NCBI GenBank assembly: GCA_001805965.1
Contig: MHHG01000053.1
Location: 1,512 to 65,511 of the forward strand
Source of the DNA: Omnitrophica WOR_2 bacterium RIFOXYA2_FULL_38_17
GTDB taxonomy: Bacteria > Omnitrophota > Gorgyraeia > Zapsychrales > Zapsychraceae
Direction of reading: 5' to 3'
DNA length: 64,000 nucleotides
The notes beneath the pieces were generated by a model. That model saw only the letters and a list, made by a program, of their open reading frames with translations. It was not told the origin of the DNA and made no database searches. This document shows, in pieces, positions 1-9,705 of this stretch; within the stretch, counting starts at the first letter, position 1, and each line of letters opens with the position of its first letter. A program made the position numbers and the translations under genes.

Positions 1-2895
1 GCCGCGCACAAACTTTAACACCGCCACTTGAGATAAAGGAATTTGGGCGCCTGTTTTCGTCGGAATAAGAACATCCTGTAAATCTTCTATTGAATCCCTT
101 AATTCTCGCGGGTATCGGGCTCTTACCGGATACCGTTCCCTGCCCTCAACCGTCGTGGTCAATTTGGCGCCGCCAATGGCGACTTCAATCACATCCTGGA
201 CATCCCGGATATTAATGCCGTATCGGGCGATTTTTTCACGGTCAATATTAAATTCGATATATGGCTTCCCTACAATACGGTCGGCAATAACCGCGCTTGG
301 CTCAACACCAGGAACATCTTTTAAAAATTTTTCAATCTGAAAACCAACATCCTCTATTTCTTGAAGGCTTTTGCCTAATACTTTTACGCCCATAGGCGCC
401 CTCATTCCCGACTGAAGCATGACAATCCTTGCAGCGATCGGCTGTAACTTCGGCGCCGATGTTGCCCCGGGAATATCGCCCGCCTTCAAAATTTCTTTCC
501 AGATGTCATCAGGCGTTTTAATGTGGCTTCGCCACAACCGCGGTCTTTTTCCTGTTTTAAGATCTTTTTCTCCGTATTCCGGTTTATAACTGATGACCGT
601 TTCTATCATAGAGATCGGCGCCATATCCAGAGGCGATTCAGTTCTTCCGAGTTTTCCCACAACCGATTCAACTTCGGGAATTTGACCGATGAGAATATCC
701 TGCTTTTGCAGCACGTCAAGGGCTTCTCCGATTGAGGCATGAGGCATAATTGTCGGCATATAAAGATATGACCCCTCATCTAACGGCGGCATAAATTCCT
801 TGCCTAGTCCTGGGAAGGCGTGATGAAGGAAACTGGCAGGCCATATCCGTAATACTGAAGATTCCTTGATACCAATACTGCCTAATGTCCCGGTAATAGG
901 TGAAATGACCTTCGCGAACCCCAGCCAAATAGTCATGCCGAAGATACATATCGACAAAGGAATCATCATAAATAAGCGTTTGCGGCTGAGGAAATACATT
1001 AAGATGTTAGGGTAGAACTTCATGAATTTGAAAAAGAAAACCATAAGCCCGGAAAGCAAGCTACCGACAAAGAGTAAGTTTAGAATAAAACCCTTGCCGA
1101 ATCCCAGCGGCATCCAGTAGTTGGTAAGAAAAATACCAACGAGTCCTATGGCAATCCAATTGGAATATTTTAAAAACAAATCTTTTATCCATGCGGGTAT
1201 CCGATTCTCAAAAATAAGATAAAAACTATATACCAAAATACCAAACCCGAGAATCAAAGACACTTTAAACCCAACAAAAGCGGCAACTGCGGCGATAATT
1301 ACTTTGAATTTTTGCTTTATCCCTTCAAGAGTTTTTTTTCTTTTGACAAAGAATATATGAGCCAATGCCGGAACAATTAAAAGCGCAATGATAACAGAGG
1401 CAAGGAGCGCGAAACTCTTGGTAAAAGCTAACGGCTTAAAAAGCTTTCCTTCCGGCCCGGTCATAGTAAACACTGCTAAAAACGAAACAATAGTCGTTGA
1501 AATCGCGGTTAAGATCGCCCCGCCAACTTCACTGGCTCCCCTATAAACAACAGCTAAAGGACTCTCTCCCTCTTTAGCTTCCTTCAAATGATTAATAATG
1601 TTCTCACACATAATAATGCCCATATCGACAATTGTGCCAATGGCAATAGCAATCCCGGCCAAGGACATAATATTGGCGTCGACCTTGAAAACCTTCATCA
1701 TGATAAAGGCCATAAGGACGGCTATCGGCAACGTAAATGAAATCACCAGAGAACTTCTCAGATGCATCAAAAACACAAGTATGACAATAATCGTAATCAG
1801 TATTTCCTGCGTAAGCGCTTCGCTTAAGGTTCCCAGTGTTTCTTTGATTAACCTTGTCCGATCATAAAAGGGGACTATCCTTACTTTTGATACTTTTCCG
1901 TCAGGAAGTATTTTTGTCGGTAACCCCTGTTCGATTTGGTCGATCTTTTTCTTAACATTTTTTATGGCTTCCATGGGATTGCCGCCATAACGCACCACAA
2001 CGATACCACCGACAGCTTCCGCGCCTTGTTTATCTAAAGCGCCTCTTCTTAACGCCGGGCCGAAGTTTACCTGACTGGCAACGTTCTTCACATAAATCGG
2101 AACGTTTTCATTTGTTTTTATAATAATATTTTCAATATCCTCAAGGCTTTTGACAAACCCGATACCGCGCACCACATATTCCGCCCTGTTAAATTCGATT
2201 GTCTTGGCGCCTACATCTATATTGGCTCTTTTAACCGCCATCATAATATCCTGTAACCCCACGCCGTAAGCGCGCATAGCATCAGGGTCGACATCAATCT
2301 GATATTCTTTGACATAACCGCCGACGGAAGCAACCTCGCTTATTCCTTCCGCTGATTGCAAAGAATACTTTACATACCAATCCTGAATAGAACGCAATTC
2401 ATCCAGGCTAAAACCTTCCCCTTCCAGGGTGTACCAAAATATCTGCCCCAGAGCCGTCGCGTCAGGGCCGATTACCGGGATAACTCCGTCAGGTAAATCT
2501 TTTTGCGCGCTGCTTAAACGTTCCAATAAACGTGACCGTGACCAATAGAAATCAACGCCTTCATTAAAGATCACGAAAATAGAGGAAAACCCAAAGGCCG
2601 AATAACTACGGATACTCTTAACACCCGGAATTCCCTGTAGCGATATCGCCAAAGGATAGGTTACCTGATCTTCCATGTCCTGCGGGGAGCGGCCCATCCA
2701 CTCGGTGAACACAATTTGTTGATTCTCGCCGATATCAGGAATCGCATCGACCGGAACTGGATCGCGGGGCATCAGGCTTTCAATTTTACCCGTCTCAAAG
2801 GGCATGACAGCAATCCCCCAAAGAATTATCCCGATGACGAACAACGCGGTGACTAACTTATTTTCCAGAAAATATTTTATAAGATTATTTAGCAT
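1..2895 (-). CDS. cusA: Heavy-metal efflux RND permease, CusA/CzcA family. Partial: the C-terminus lies beyond the window start.
   Basis: Not in the ORF track because there is no in-window stop. My own translation of the minus strand from ATG at 2895-2893 (SD GGGGAG 5 nt upstream) reads MLNNLIKYFLENKLVTALFVIGIILWGIAV... and stays open to position 1, ending ...IPLSQVAVLKFVRG. It is AcrB/CusA-like throughout. The start and the frame at the window end are consistent (codon starts fall on multiples of 3). Confidence 0.8.
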   Translation of the reverse strand, partial: MLNNLIKYFLENKLVTALFVIGIILWGIAVMPFETGKIESLMPRDPVPVDAIPDIGENQQIVFTEWMGRSPQDMEDQVTYPLAISLQGIPGVKSIRSYSAFGFSSIFVIFNEGVDFYWSRSRLLERLSSAQKDLPDGVIPVIGPDATALGQIFWYTLEGEGFSLDELRSIQDWYVKYSLQSAEGISEVASVGGYVKEYQIDVDPDAMRAYGVGLQDIMMAVKRANIDVGAKTIEFNRAEYVVRGIGFVKSLEDIENIIIKTNENVPIYVKNVASQVNFGPALRRGALDKQGAEAVGGIVVVRYGGNPMEAIKNVKKKIDQIEQGLPTKILPDGKVSKVRIVPFYDRTRLIKETLGTLSEALTQEILITIIVILVFLMHLRSSLVISFTLPIAVLMAFIMMKVFKVDANIMSLAGIAIAIGTIVDMGIIMCENIINHLKEAKEGESPLAVVYRGASEVGGAILTAISTTIVSFLAVFTMTGPEGKLFKPLAFTKSFALLASVIIALLIVPALAHIFFVKRKKTLEGIKQKFKVIIAAVAAFVGFKVSLILGFGILVYSFYLIFENRIPAWIKDLFLKYSNWIAIGLVGIFLTNYWMPLGFGKGFILNLLFVGSLLSGLMVFFFKFMKFYPNILMYFLSRKRLFMMIPLSICIFGMTIWLGFAKVISPITGTLGSIGIKESSVLRIWPASFLHHAFPGLGKEFMPPLDEGSYLYMPTIMPHASIGEALDVLQKQDILIGQIPEVESVVGKLGRTESPLDMAPISMIETVISYKPEYGEKDLKTGKRPRLWRSHIKTPDDIWKEILKAGDIPGATSAPKLQPIAARIVMLQSGMRAPMGVKVLGKSLQEIEDVGFQIEKFLKDVPGVEPSAVIADRIVGKPYIEFNIDREKIARYGINIRDVQDVIEVAIGGAKLTTTVEGRERYPVRARYPRELRDSIEDLQDVLIPTKTGAQIPLSQVAVLKFVRG

Positions 2896-2929
2896 AAATT
2901 CTCCCCATTAGAAGGCGTTCAATTCATAT

Positions 2930-4945
2930 TTAATGACCTTCATGGCCAGTTACAGGTTTTGTATCTATAATTTTTCTTCCAAACTCTTTTTTTATTTCAC
3001 CACACTTCAACATTTTGGCCCCAAAATAAGGATTATTAATTTCTTTTGAATCTTGAAGCCAGTATCCGCCTTTGTTATTAAAAGCCATCGAACAAAATAT
3101 CAAATACAATGTTGTATCTTCCTTGTATTCATATTTCTCAAAAATATTCATAAGATTGTCGGAAAGCCTAGAGAATTGGACTCTCAGAGAATCAAGATTA
3201 TGCTCAATCATGTCTAATCCTGCCTTTAATTGGTTTATATCTGCGGCAATTCCTTCCGTTTCGCCTTCCAATGAATTTCCTGAGATAATCCGGGAAATTT
3301 GGCCGCGGAATTTTTCAAGCTCGCCCGCCGCAACATGCGGATTATCCTCAGACAAGCCTTTTGCAGTAGATAAATAGTAAGGCAAAGCTGGGGCTAATAT
3401 ACCCGCGTTTTCACTTAGCGTTGCGCCGTCCTGAGTCAAAACATTTTCTGTCTCGCTGTAATATCCTGCCGGATTCATCATGCTCGGCTTTGCCTGAATC
3501 TGAAGAGCGCTGTCAATTTTAAAATTCCCCTTCGATACAACACGCTCTCCTTCATTTAATCCTGAAAGAACAATGTAATGATCGCCGGCGCGCGGCCCAA
3601 GAATTACCTCGCGGCCTTCATATCGTTTTGCAGTAGCTTTATTAGTTTTATTTTCAACATAAACAACAGCTCTCTTCCCTGTAATTAAAGGTGCTGTTTT
3701 CGGGATAACAAGAACCTGTCTTTTTACGGTCGGTTTTTCAGCAAAACCGAACTCGCTCGTTTTGATCAGATCCATACCGCAAATATCACATGGTTCCTGC
3801 TTCTCTTTTATAATATCCGGATGCATCGGACAGATCCACTTACCGGCTAAATCCTCTTCATAAATTTTCCCGCCTTCGCCCAAGACCGCCTGTATTGTTG
3901 TCCGCACAAACATGCCCGGCTTAAGCTTTTCCCCGGTATTATCCACGTTTACTCTTAATTTTATTGTTCTTGTTTTCTCATCAACGAACGGTTCAATGAA
4001 CGCAATTTTGCCATGAAAGACTTCTCCCGGAAAACTCCCTGCTTCGACTTTAACGTTCTGGCCGTAATGCAGCCATTGAATATCGCTTTCATACGCGTCC
4101 AGAAATAACCAAACCCTGCCTAAATCCGCGATAGTATAAATTTGGTCTCCCGTTTTAACATACATCCCTTCAAAACCGTTCTTATGAATAACAGTGCCTG
4201 TAACAGGTGAAGTTATGGTCATATGCTCATCCGGGGTCCCGCGCTTCACAATCTCGTCGATTTGCTGCTCATCGATACCATATAACCTTAATTTTTCTTT
4301 AGAGCTGTTAAGCGTTGTTTTTGCCGTATCCCGAATTACACTTAATTGGCTATCCTTGGAGTCCTGTAAATTTTTGATCGCCTGTAAATATTCTTCCTGC
4401 GCTGACAACAACTCCGGGCTGTATAATTTAGTGAGGTGGTCGCCTTTTCTCACCTTTGTTCCCGTAAAATCAACAAAGAGCCTGTCAATACGTCCGGAGG
4501 TCCATGCGCTGATGTAGTAAAGGCGCGTCTCATCATAATCAACTTTTCCAACCAGCCTGACCTCGTTTGAAACTTCCTGATATTTAACTTCTGTTGTCTC
4601 AATTTCAGCTAATTTCTGAGCGGATTCACTAAGCGTCAAAGAAACTTCAGATCCTCCTTCGCTTTCCAAGCCACCATCGTAAACAGGAATAAGATCCATC
4701 GCACAAATTGGACATAATCCTTTTTTGGGAAGCTTTATTTGAGGGTGCATAGAACATGTCCAATACAATATTTTCTTTTCCTGTGAACTCCCAGCCATAT
4801 TGTGCCCTGCATGAATATCACCTGATTTGGAGGAACGTCCTGGTAGTATATTAGCGATAACAAGACCAGCTATAATTCCAAGCGCAACTAATCTCCAATG
4901 TTTTTTGCTCTCATTTAAGATCTCATTTTTAAAATTCTTCAACAT
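2930..4945 (-). CDS. cusB: Efflux RND periplasmic adaptor (CusB-like membrane fusion protein) with two CxxHP...CPxCxMDL metal-binding motifs and an unusual ~190-aa C-terminal extension
   Basis: HlyD-like beta-barrel/lipoyl sequence. Two motifs: WTCSMHPQIKLPKKGLCPICAMDLIP and WICPMHPDIIKEKQEPCDICGMDLIK. Sits immediately upstream of cusA. Confidence 0.85.
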   Translation of the reverse strand: MLKNFKNEILNESKKHWRLVALGIIAGLVIANILPGRSSKSGDIHAGHNMAGSSQEKKILYWTCSMHPQIKLPKKGLCPICAMDLIPVYDGGLESEGGSEVSLTLSESAQKLAEIETTEVKYQEVSNEVRLVGKVDYDETRLYYISAWTSGRIDRLFVDFTGTKVRKGDHLTKLYSPELLSAQEEYLQAIKNLQDSKDSQLSVIRDTAKTTLNSSKEKLRLYGIDEQQIDEIVKRGTPDEHMTITSPVTGTVIHKNGFEGMYVKTGDQIYTIADLGRVWLFLDAYESDIQWLHYGQNVKVEAGSFPGEVFHGKIAFIEPFVDEKTRTIKLRVNVDNTGEKLKPGMFVRTTIQAVLGEGGKIYEEDLAGKWICPMHPDIIKEKQEPCDICGMDLIKTSEFGFAEKPTVKRQVLVIPKTAPLITGKRAVVYVENKTNKATAKRYEGREVILGPRAGDHYIVLSGLNEGERVVSKGNFKIDSALQIQAKPSMMNPAGYYSETENVLTQDGATLSENAGILAPALPYYLSTAKGLSEDNPHVAAGELEKFRGQISRIISGNSLEGETEGIAADINQLKAGLDMIEHNLDSLRVQFSRLSDNLMNIFEKYEYKEDTTLYLIFCSMAFNNKGGYWLQDSKEINNPYFGAKMLKCGEIKKEFGRKIIDTKPVTGHEGH

Positions 4946-4986
4946 GATTTTTCTCCCTTTTATTAGAGGATAAAATATTCACTTTA

Positions 4987-6348
4987 TTAATTATCCCTAT
5001 CAATTTTTCCTAACAAACTTTGCAATTCAGATAAACGCTGATGAAAATTTGCGTTAAAACGATAGTAAGCTAACTGAAAATTAAACAGAACTCTCTGCGC
5101 ATCTATCAAAGACAAAAACTCCACTTTCCCACTTTCATATCCGGATTGTGTAGCATTTAATGCCTGGGATGCCTTCGGCAATAATGCATCTTTATATAAC
5201 TGAGACTGTCTTAGCGCATCTCGCAACTTGTAATGAACAAGGGCCAATTGTGAAAACAGTTCATTCTCTTTATTCTCTAAATAATTCTCTGATGCATTTA
5301 ATGATGCCTTTGCATCTTGAACTCCAGCGTTCAAACGATTGAACCATATCGGTACGTTAACCGAAAACATTACCATTAAAGGATCTTTGCCACTGTCAAC
5401 AGTACTTGAATTAAGTGCATCTCCTGTATCGATCTGTGTAACCCCGACTGTAAGATCAGGAAAATATTCTCTCTTGGCAAGCTTTAAAGCATCTTTATTT
5501 TCCTCAACCTTGCTAGACGATGCTAAAATTTCCGGATTCTCTTCTTTTAGAACATCGTATAAGTCATCTACCTCTTTGTATCTTTCCTGCATCACAGCAT
5601 CTTCTAAAGATTCATTTGGCCAAGGTAAAAGATTATTTTTAGGCAAGTTCAATAACGCATTCAATCTAGATACCAACGGCAACTGCATATCCCTTAGGCT
5701 ATAAAGATCATTCTCGAGCCTGCCGAGCTCTACCTGCACTTTTAATAGGTCTTGATTTTGAGCTAAGGCTGATTTATATCTCGCTTGCGCAACGCTTTCA
5801 AAATTTTTCAAAAGCTTTATATTCTCTTCCATCAAAAGTATCGCCTTGCTTAAATAAGCATATTCATAATAAACATCCGTTATCTTGTAAACAAGCTCCA
5901 GCTGGTTTTTTTGGAAGTTATAATACGCTTCTTCCGAGGCTTTAAAAGCCTTACTTTTACGTATCCAAAGCTTATCTGGCAGCGGTAATTCTTGATTTAT
6001 AGAGAAGGTTCTTTCTTGCGGGACAACTCGGGTCTCTACTTCATAGGTGAACTGCGGATCAGAAAGAGAAGATTCTTTTGAAATCTTCTTAAATGAAGAT
6101 TTCCATTTATAGAATTCCGACCTGAGGCCAGGATTATTCTTAAGGCCGATCCTGATATAATCCTCCAATTTTGCATTCTTATCTATAATAAAGTTTTCAT
6201 TTTTTTCATTTTCATGCACTAAATGCTCTTCAGCTATTAGCTGTTTTTTTCTTTCTTTGATACTAACAACATCGGCATAAGAAAAACCTATTTGCAGGCT
6301 TATCAATGCAAAAGCTATGAAACTGATCTTAACTCTTTGTGAGAACAT
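4987..6348 (-). CDS. TolC-like outer-membrane efflux protein (OEP family)
   Basis: 453 aa with an N-terminal signal peptide, long coiled-coil alpha/beta repeats typical of OEP, and an operon position before cusB. Confidence 0.8.
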   Translation of the reverse strand: MFSQRVKISFIAFALISLQIGFSYADVVSIKERKKQLIAEEHLVHENEKNENFIIDKNAKLEDYIRIGLKNNPGLRSEFYKWKSSFKKISKESSLSDPQFTYEVETRVVPQERTFSINQELPLPDKLWIRKSKAFKASEEAYYNFQKNQLELVYKITDVYYEYAYLSKAILLMEENIKLLKNFESVAQARYKSALAQNQDLLKVQVELGRLENDLYSLRDMQLPLVSRLNALLNLPKNNLLPWPNESLEDAVMQERYKEVDDLYDVLKEENPEILASSSKVEENKDALKLAKREYFPDLTVGVTQIDTGDALNSSTVDSGKDPLMVMFSVNVPIWFNRLNAGVQDAKASLNASENYLENKENELFSQLALVHYKLRDALRQSQLYKDALLPKASQALNATQSGYESGKVEFLSLIDAQRVLFNFQLAYYRFNANFHQRLSELQSLLGKIDRDN

Positions 6349-6586
6349 TCATCTTCTCCTTGTTGAAATTTTTTATTCTTTCTAACTTATTAACTATGAT
6401 TGTGTTACAAACAAATTTTGTTTATTATACCCCCATATTATTAATAATCCTATTATTAAAACAATCCCGCTTTGTTGTTGTAATTTTCGATTATACTTAT
6501 CATTGCTGAACTCCTTGTTAAAAATTCCTTTTACTAAGAATTTTTTTTCAAAAGCAATAAACAGAATCAACAAATTTTTGAATTTA

Positions 6587-7000
6587 TTAAATGCGGAGTA
6601 CAGCGTTTTGCAGATAAATGGGGGGATCACTCTTGACTAGTAGATAAGATATCATAAAATAATGCTTATTCATAAATTCCGTGTTAGATATTATTGCTTG
6701 TACAGATAAAGAAAGCGTCTTATCCGAAAAGCTAACAGAAGAACTTCTGAAATTAGAAATACTAAATCCTTCATCAGCTAAAATACCTGCAACTTTTTCA
6801 CAACCACATTCTTTATGCTCTTTTGAATCTGCTTTGTTAGTTTTAGCAGAGCAGCATTTATTTCCATCAGTGCCATTTTGTCCAGTTTTATAATGTAACT
6901 CTGCTTTCGCTATTCCTGTTAAGCAGCAACAAAAAACAGACACAAAGGAAAGAAAAAGGATTAAAACAAAAACTGTCATCTTTTTCATGGATTTTACCAT
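6587..7000 (-). CDS. Small secreted Cys-rich protein, possibly metal-binding
   Basis: Signal peptide MKKMTVFVLILFLSFVSVF. Cys clusters CCC, CCSAK and CGCEK. Lies between the CsoR-family repressor and tolC. The C-terminal half is low-complexity and the real end is uncertain. Confidence 0.4.
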   Translation of the reverse strand: MVKSMKKMTVFVLILFLSFVSVFCCCLTGIAKAELHYKTGQNGTDGNKCCSAKTNKADSKEHKECGCEKVAGILADEGFSISNFRSSSVSFSDKTLSLSVQAIISNTEFMNKHYFMISYLLVKSDPPIYLQNAVLRI

Positions 7001-7001
7001 T

Positions 7002-7286
7002 TTAAGCCTTCCTTCTAAACTTTTTTATTAAAGCAAGCATTTCATTGATCTTTTTTTGCTTTTCATCCTCAGACTTTCCTTTCAAAGCATTTGTCACGCA
7101 CATGTTAAGATGCTTTTCAAGAATATTATCCTGAACTCTCAATAATGCCCCAACAACTGACGCAGTTTGTGTTAACACATCGACACAATATCTGTTCTCT
7201 TCTATCATCTTTTGGATACCGCGTATCTGTCCTTCTATACGCCTAAGCGAGTTCAACTGATCTCTGTGACAGGGGTTCTTTGACAT
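7002..7286 (-). CDS. csoR: CsoR/RcnR/FrmR-family metal-sensing repressor (Cys-His-Cys, copper-type)
   Basis: 94-aa all-helical protein with the candidate Cu(I) ligand set C (RYCVDV)...H...C (EKHLNMC). Heads the efflux operon. Confidence 0.8.
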   Translation of the reverse strand: MSKNPCHRDQLNSLRRIEGQIRGIQKMIEENRYCVDVLTQTASVVGALLRVQDNILEKHLNMCVTNALKGKSEDEKQKKINEMLALIKKFRRKA

Positions 7287-7314
7287 AGCTATTGTTCCTC
7301 AGAAAAAGAATAGC

Positions 7315-7331
7315 ATACCCCCCTAGGGTAT
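7315..7331 (-). promoter_or_regulatory. Candidate CsoR operator ATACCC-N5-GGGTAT, about 30 nt upstream of the csoR start
   Basis: Sequence atacccccctagggtat is a GC-rich pseudo-palindrome of the TACCC...GGGTA type described for CsoR operators. Confidence 0.5.
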
Positions 7332-7350
7332 GTCAAGGTGTAAATGTTTT

Positions 7351-7971
7351 TCAAATAACATAACCGTATTTTTCCTTCAAAAGTGTCAAGTCATCAAGAG
7401 TATCAACATCAAAACTCTCCTTTAAAACCCCGACACTCATTCCAATATCACTAGCATTACGCAGCACCTGTTCAAATACCTTGTCAGTGCTCCAATCGAT
7501 TTTCTCAAAGATCTTTTCGTTGAATTCCTTCATCCCTAAAAGGTAGTACCCCCCGTCAACTGAAGGGCCTATCACTAAATCATTATTTTCTAAAAACTGC
7601 ATTGCCTGATTTATCATATCATTGTCAATCAGAGGATTATCAGTACCAATTACAACCACTTTTCGTGCCCCAGCTTTAAAAGCCTCTTTAAAGGCATTAG
7701 CCTGCCGCGCTCCAAGGCACAAACCTTCCTGTGCAAAATACTTTTCATTTGTGCCTAGCCATTCTGAGATCTCTTTCCCTTTTTGTCTCGGAGTAAATAT
7801 AATTTGCCTAGTATAATTAAATGACCTTGTGTTTTTAATAACAGTTTCAACAAAGCCTTTATAGTAAAAAGCCGCCAGCTTTTCTCCAATTGAACTAGCA
7901 AGCCTGGTCTTAACCTTACCAGCTTCAGGATATTTTAAAAATATCATTAAAACATTATCTGTTGCTTCCAC
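7351..7971 (-). CDS. DUF2064 / TIGR04282-type rSAM-associated transferase-like protein
   Basis: N-terminal MIFLKYPEAGKVKTRLA matches the DUF2064 signature IFAKxPxxGxVKTRL. Adjacent to the ArsS-like radical SAM gene. Confidence 0.7.
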   Translation of the reverse strand: MEATDNVLMIFLKYPEAGKVKTRLASSIGEKLAAFYYKGFVETVIKNTRSFNYTRQIIFTPRQKGKEISEWLGTNEKYFAQEGLCLGARQANAFKEAFKAGARKVVVIGTDNPLIDNDMINQAMQFLENNDLVIGPSVDGGYYLLGMKEFNEKIFEKIDWSTDKVFEQVLRNASDIGMSVGVLKESFDVDTLDDLTLLKEKYGYVI

Positions 7972-8035
7972 AAATAATACCTTTATTTATTCAATAGCTA
8001 GCCCTATTGCAATACTTAACCTTAGCTTAAACTTA

Positions 8036-9013
8036 TTAATTCTCTTGTGTTAATACCCCCTGACAACTAGATCCACTTCCGGCCATACATGACAAACAAT
8101 GTTCACCTAAGATGATCTCATTTCCTTCTATAGAGTCAGATTCAAGACCTTTGATGGTCAAGCAAACCCCTTCATTATTCTTAAGAGATAAACCCAGGGC
8201 CTGATTAAAGTCACAATCATAGATCTTTCCATCGTAAGCAACGCTCAAATATGTCCTGCACATAATATTACCAATAATTTCAGGATTAAAACTATCTTTA
8301 AGCAAAGTCCTGTATTTAATGTATTCACCTTTAGATTCCAGATAATTTTTAAAACGCTTAATTGGCACATTGGTAATTGTTATCAATCTATTAAAATTGA
8401 CCCCATGTTCGCTGTTCAATATTTTCTTATAAGCTTTTTCAAGATCTTCCTGGCTTGGCGGCAAGATTGCCCCAACAGGATTGTAAACCAGGTCCAGCAA
8501 TAAACCTTTCTTATTCGCAAAACCCAGTTCATTAAGTATCTTTAAAGCAACTATGCTCTTCTTAAAAACATTGATTCCTCTCTGCGAATCAACGTTCTGC
8601 TGCAAATAACAAGGCATTGAACATATCAAATGAACATTGTATTTTTTGAAGAATTCAGGAAAATGCTTGTATTTCTCACCAATCAAAACTGTTAGGTTCG
8701 ATCGAACTATCAGCTCATCAACCAAGCCGCGGGCTTTCTCAACAAAATATTCAAAGTTAGGGTTCATTTCAGGTGCTCCCCCTGTAATATCCAATGTCTT
8801 CATTTTATGCCAGGATAAGAATCCCAGGATGTCATTTATCACTTCTTTAGACATAATGTTCTTTCCATCAGGTGACGCCTCAATATGACAATGAACACAG
8901 CTCTGATTGCATAGATTTCCCAGATTGACCTGAAGCGTCGTTATTTTGCCTCGCAACAAACTATCACTATGTTCAAGATCATGCTCTCTTAACTTATTTA
9001 TAAATGCATCCAC
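8036..9013 (-). CDS. Radical SAM protein of the ArsS / rSAM-selenodomain family (Cys form, not a selenoprotein)
   Basis: CNQSCVHCH (CxxxCxxC) near the N-terminus. Cys-rich C-terminus CLSCMAGSGSSCQG. Uninterrupted ORF with a TAA stop. Confidence 0.75.
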   Translation of the reverse strand: MDAFINKLREHDLEHSDSLLRGKITTLQVNLGNLCNQSCVHCHIEASPDGKNIMSKEVINDILGFLSWHKMKTLDITGGAPEMNPNFEYFVEKARGLVDELIVRSNLTVLIGEKYKHFPEFFKKYNVHLICSMPCYLQQNVDSQRGINVFKKSIVALKILNELGFANKKGLLLDLVYNPVGAILPPSQEDLEKAYKKILNSEHGVNFNRLITITNVPIKRFKNYLESKGEYIKYRTLLKDSFNPEIIGNIMCRTYLSVAYDGKIYDCDFNQALGLSLKNNEGVCLTIKGLESDSIEGNEIILGEHCLSCMAGSGSSCQGVLTQEN

Positions 9014-9026
9014 TAAACTTACCCCC

Positions 9027-9701
9027 TTATTGGTTCGATTTTGAAGTTGCAGATCTTATTTTTCTTTGCAGTTTGTACAAAACAATAAATATCAATATTC
9101 CTACTGCCACCATCCATAAATTTCTAGGGTCAAAAAGTGCTTTGATAAGCGACGACCCAAAAAACACAAAGGCAAATGAACCAGGCATAATGCCTATCAG
9201 CGTAGCAATAAAATAATCTTTGAAACTTACCTTTGTTAACCCCAAACTTAAATTCTGGACATCCCAAGGCAAATTTGGAATTAGCCTGATAAGCAAGACC
9301 GTTAGAAAGCCATGCTTCTCGATCTTTTCATCAAGATCATGCATCTTTCCTTTTAAATGTTTTTCAACTACCGCTCTACCTAAATACCTCGCAAATAAAA
9401 ACTCAACCGTTGAAGAAATATTTGCTGCGATCTGCAGATAAAGAAATCCGACTAAAGGTCCCCAAATAACCCCGGCTGAAGCAGATAGCACCCCTGCGGG
9501 AAAAAGTATCAAGGGCCTAAGGACGTAAACAAGCACATAGATAACAGGTCCCCAACCACCAAGGGTTTCGACCCAATGCTTAAATTCTTCCTCACTCACC
9601 TTTGAAAGATCAATATTAAGAAATCTAGAGCCCAAAAACAGTACCAAGAGGACAGCAATAATCAGTAAAATCTTTACCCAAGGATTTTTTAAAGCACGCA
9701 T
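9027..9701 (-). CDS. DedA / TVP38-family inner membrane protein
   Basis: Polytopic membrane protein with a DedA-like core ...LIRLIPNLPWDVQNLSLGLTKVSF... Confidence 0.75.
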   Translation of the reverse strand: MRALKNPWVKILLIIAVLLVLFLGSRFLNIDLSKVSEEEFKHWVETLGGWGPVIYVLVYVLRPLILFPAGVLSASAGVIWGPLVGFLYLQIAANISSTVEFLFARYLGRAVVEKHLKGKMHDLDEKIEKHGFLTVLLIRLIPNLPWDVQNLSLGLTKVSFKDYFIATLIGIMPGSFAFVFFGSSLIKALFDPRNLWMVAVGILIFIVLYKLQRKIRSATSKSNQ

Positions 9702-9705
9702 ATGC

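Noticed and set aside
3072-5704. Several 60-120-aa plus-strand ORFs inside cusB and tolC
   Set aside because: All lie antisense within well-supported minus-strand genes.
6394-6630. 78-aa minus-strand ORF in the tolC leader
   Set aside because: AT-rich low-complexity translation that overlaps the tail of the Cys-rich ORF. Probably non-coding promoter DNA.
8036-9013. Selenocysteine (TGA recoding) in the ArsS-like radical SAM gene
   Set aside because: The ORF is uninterrupted, the C-terminal motif has Cys throughout, and it ends at a TAA.
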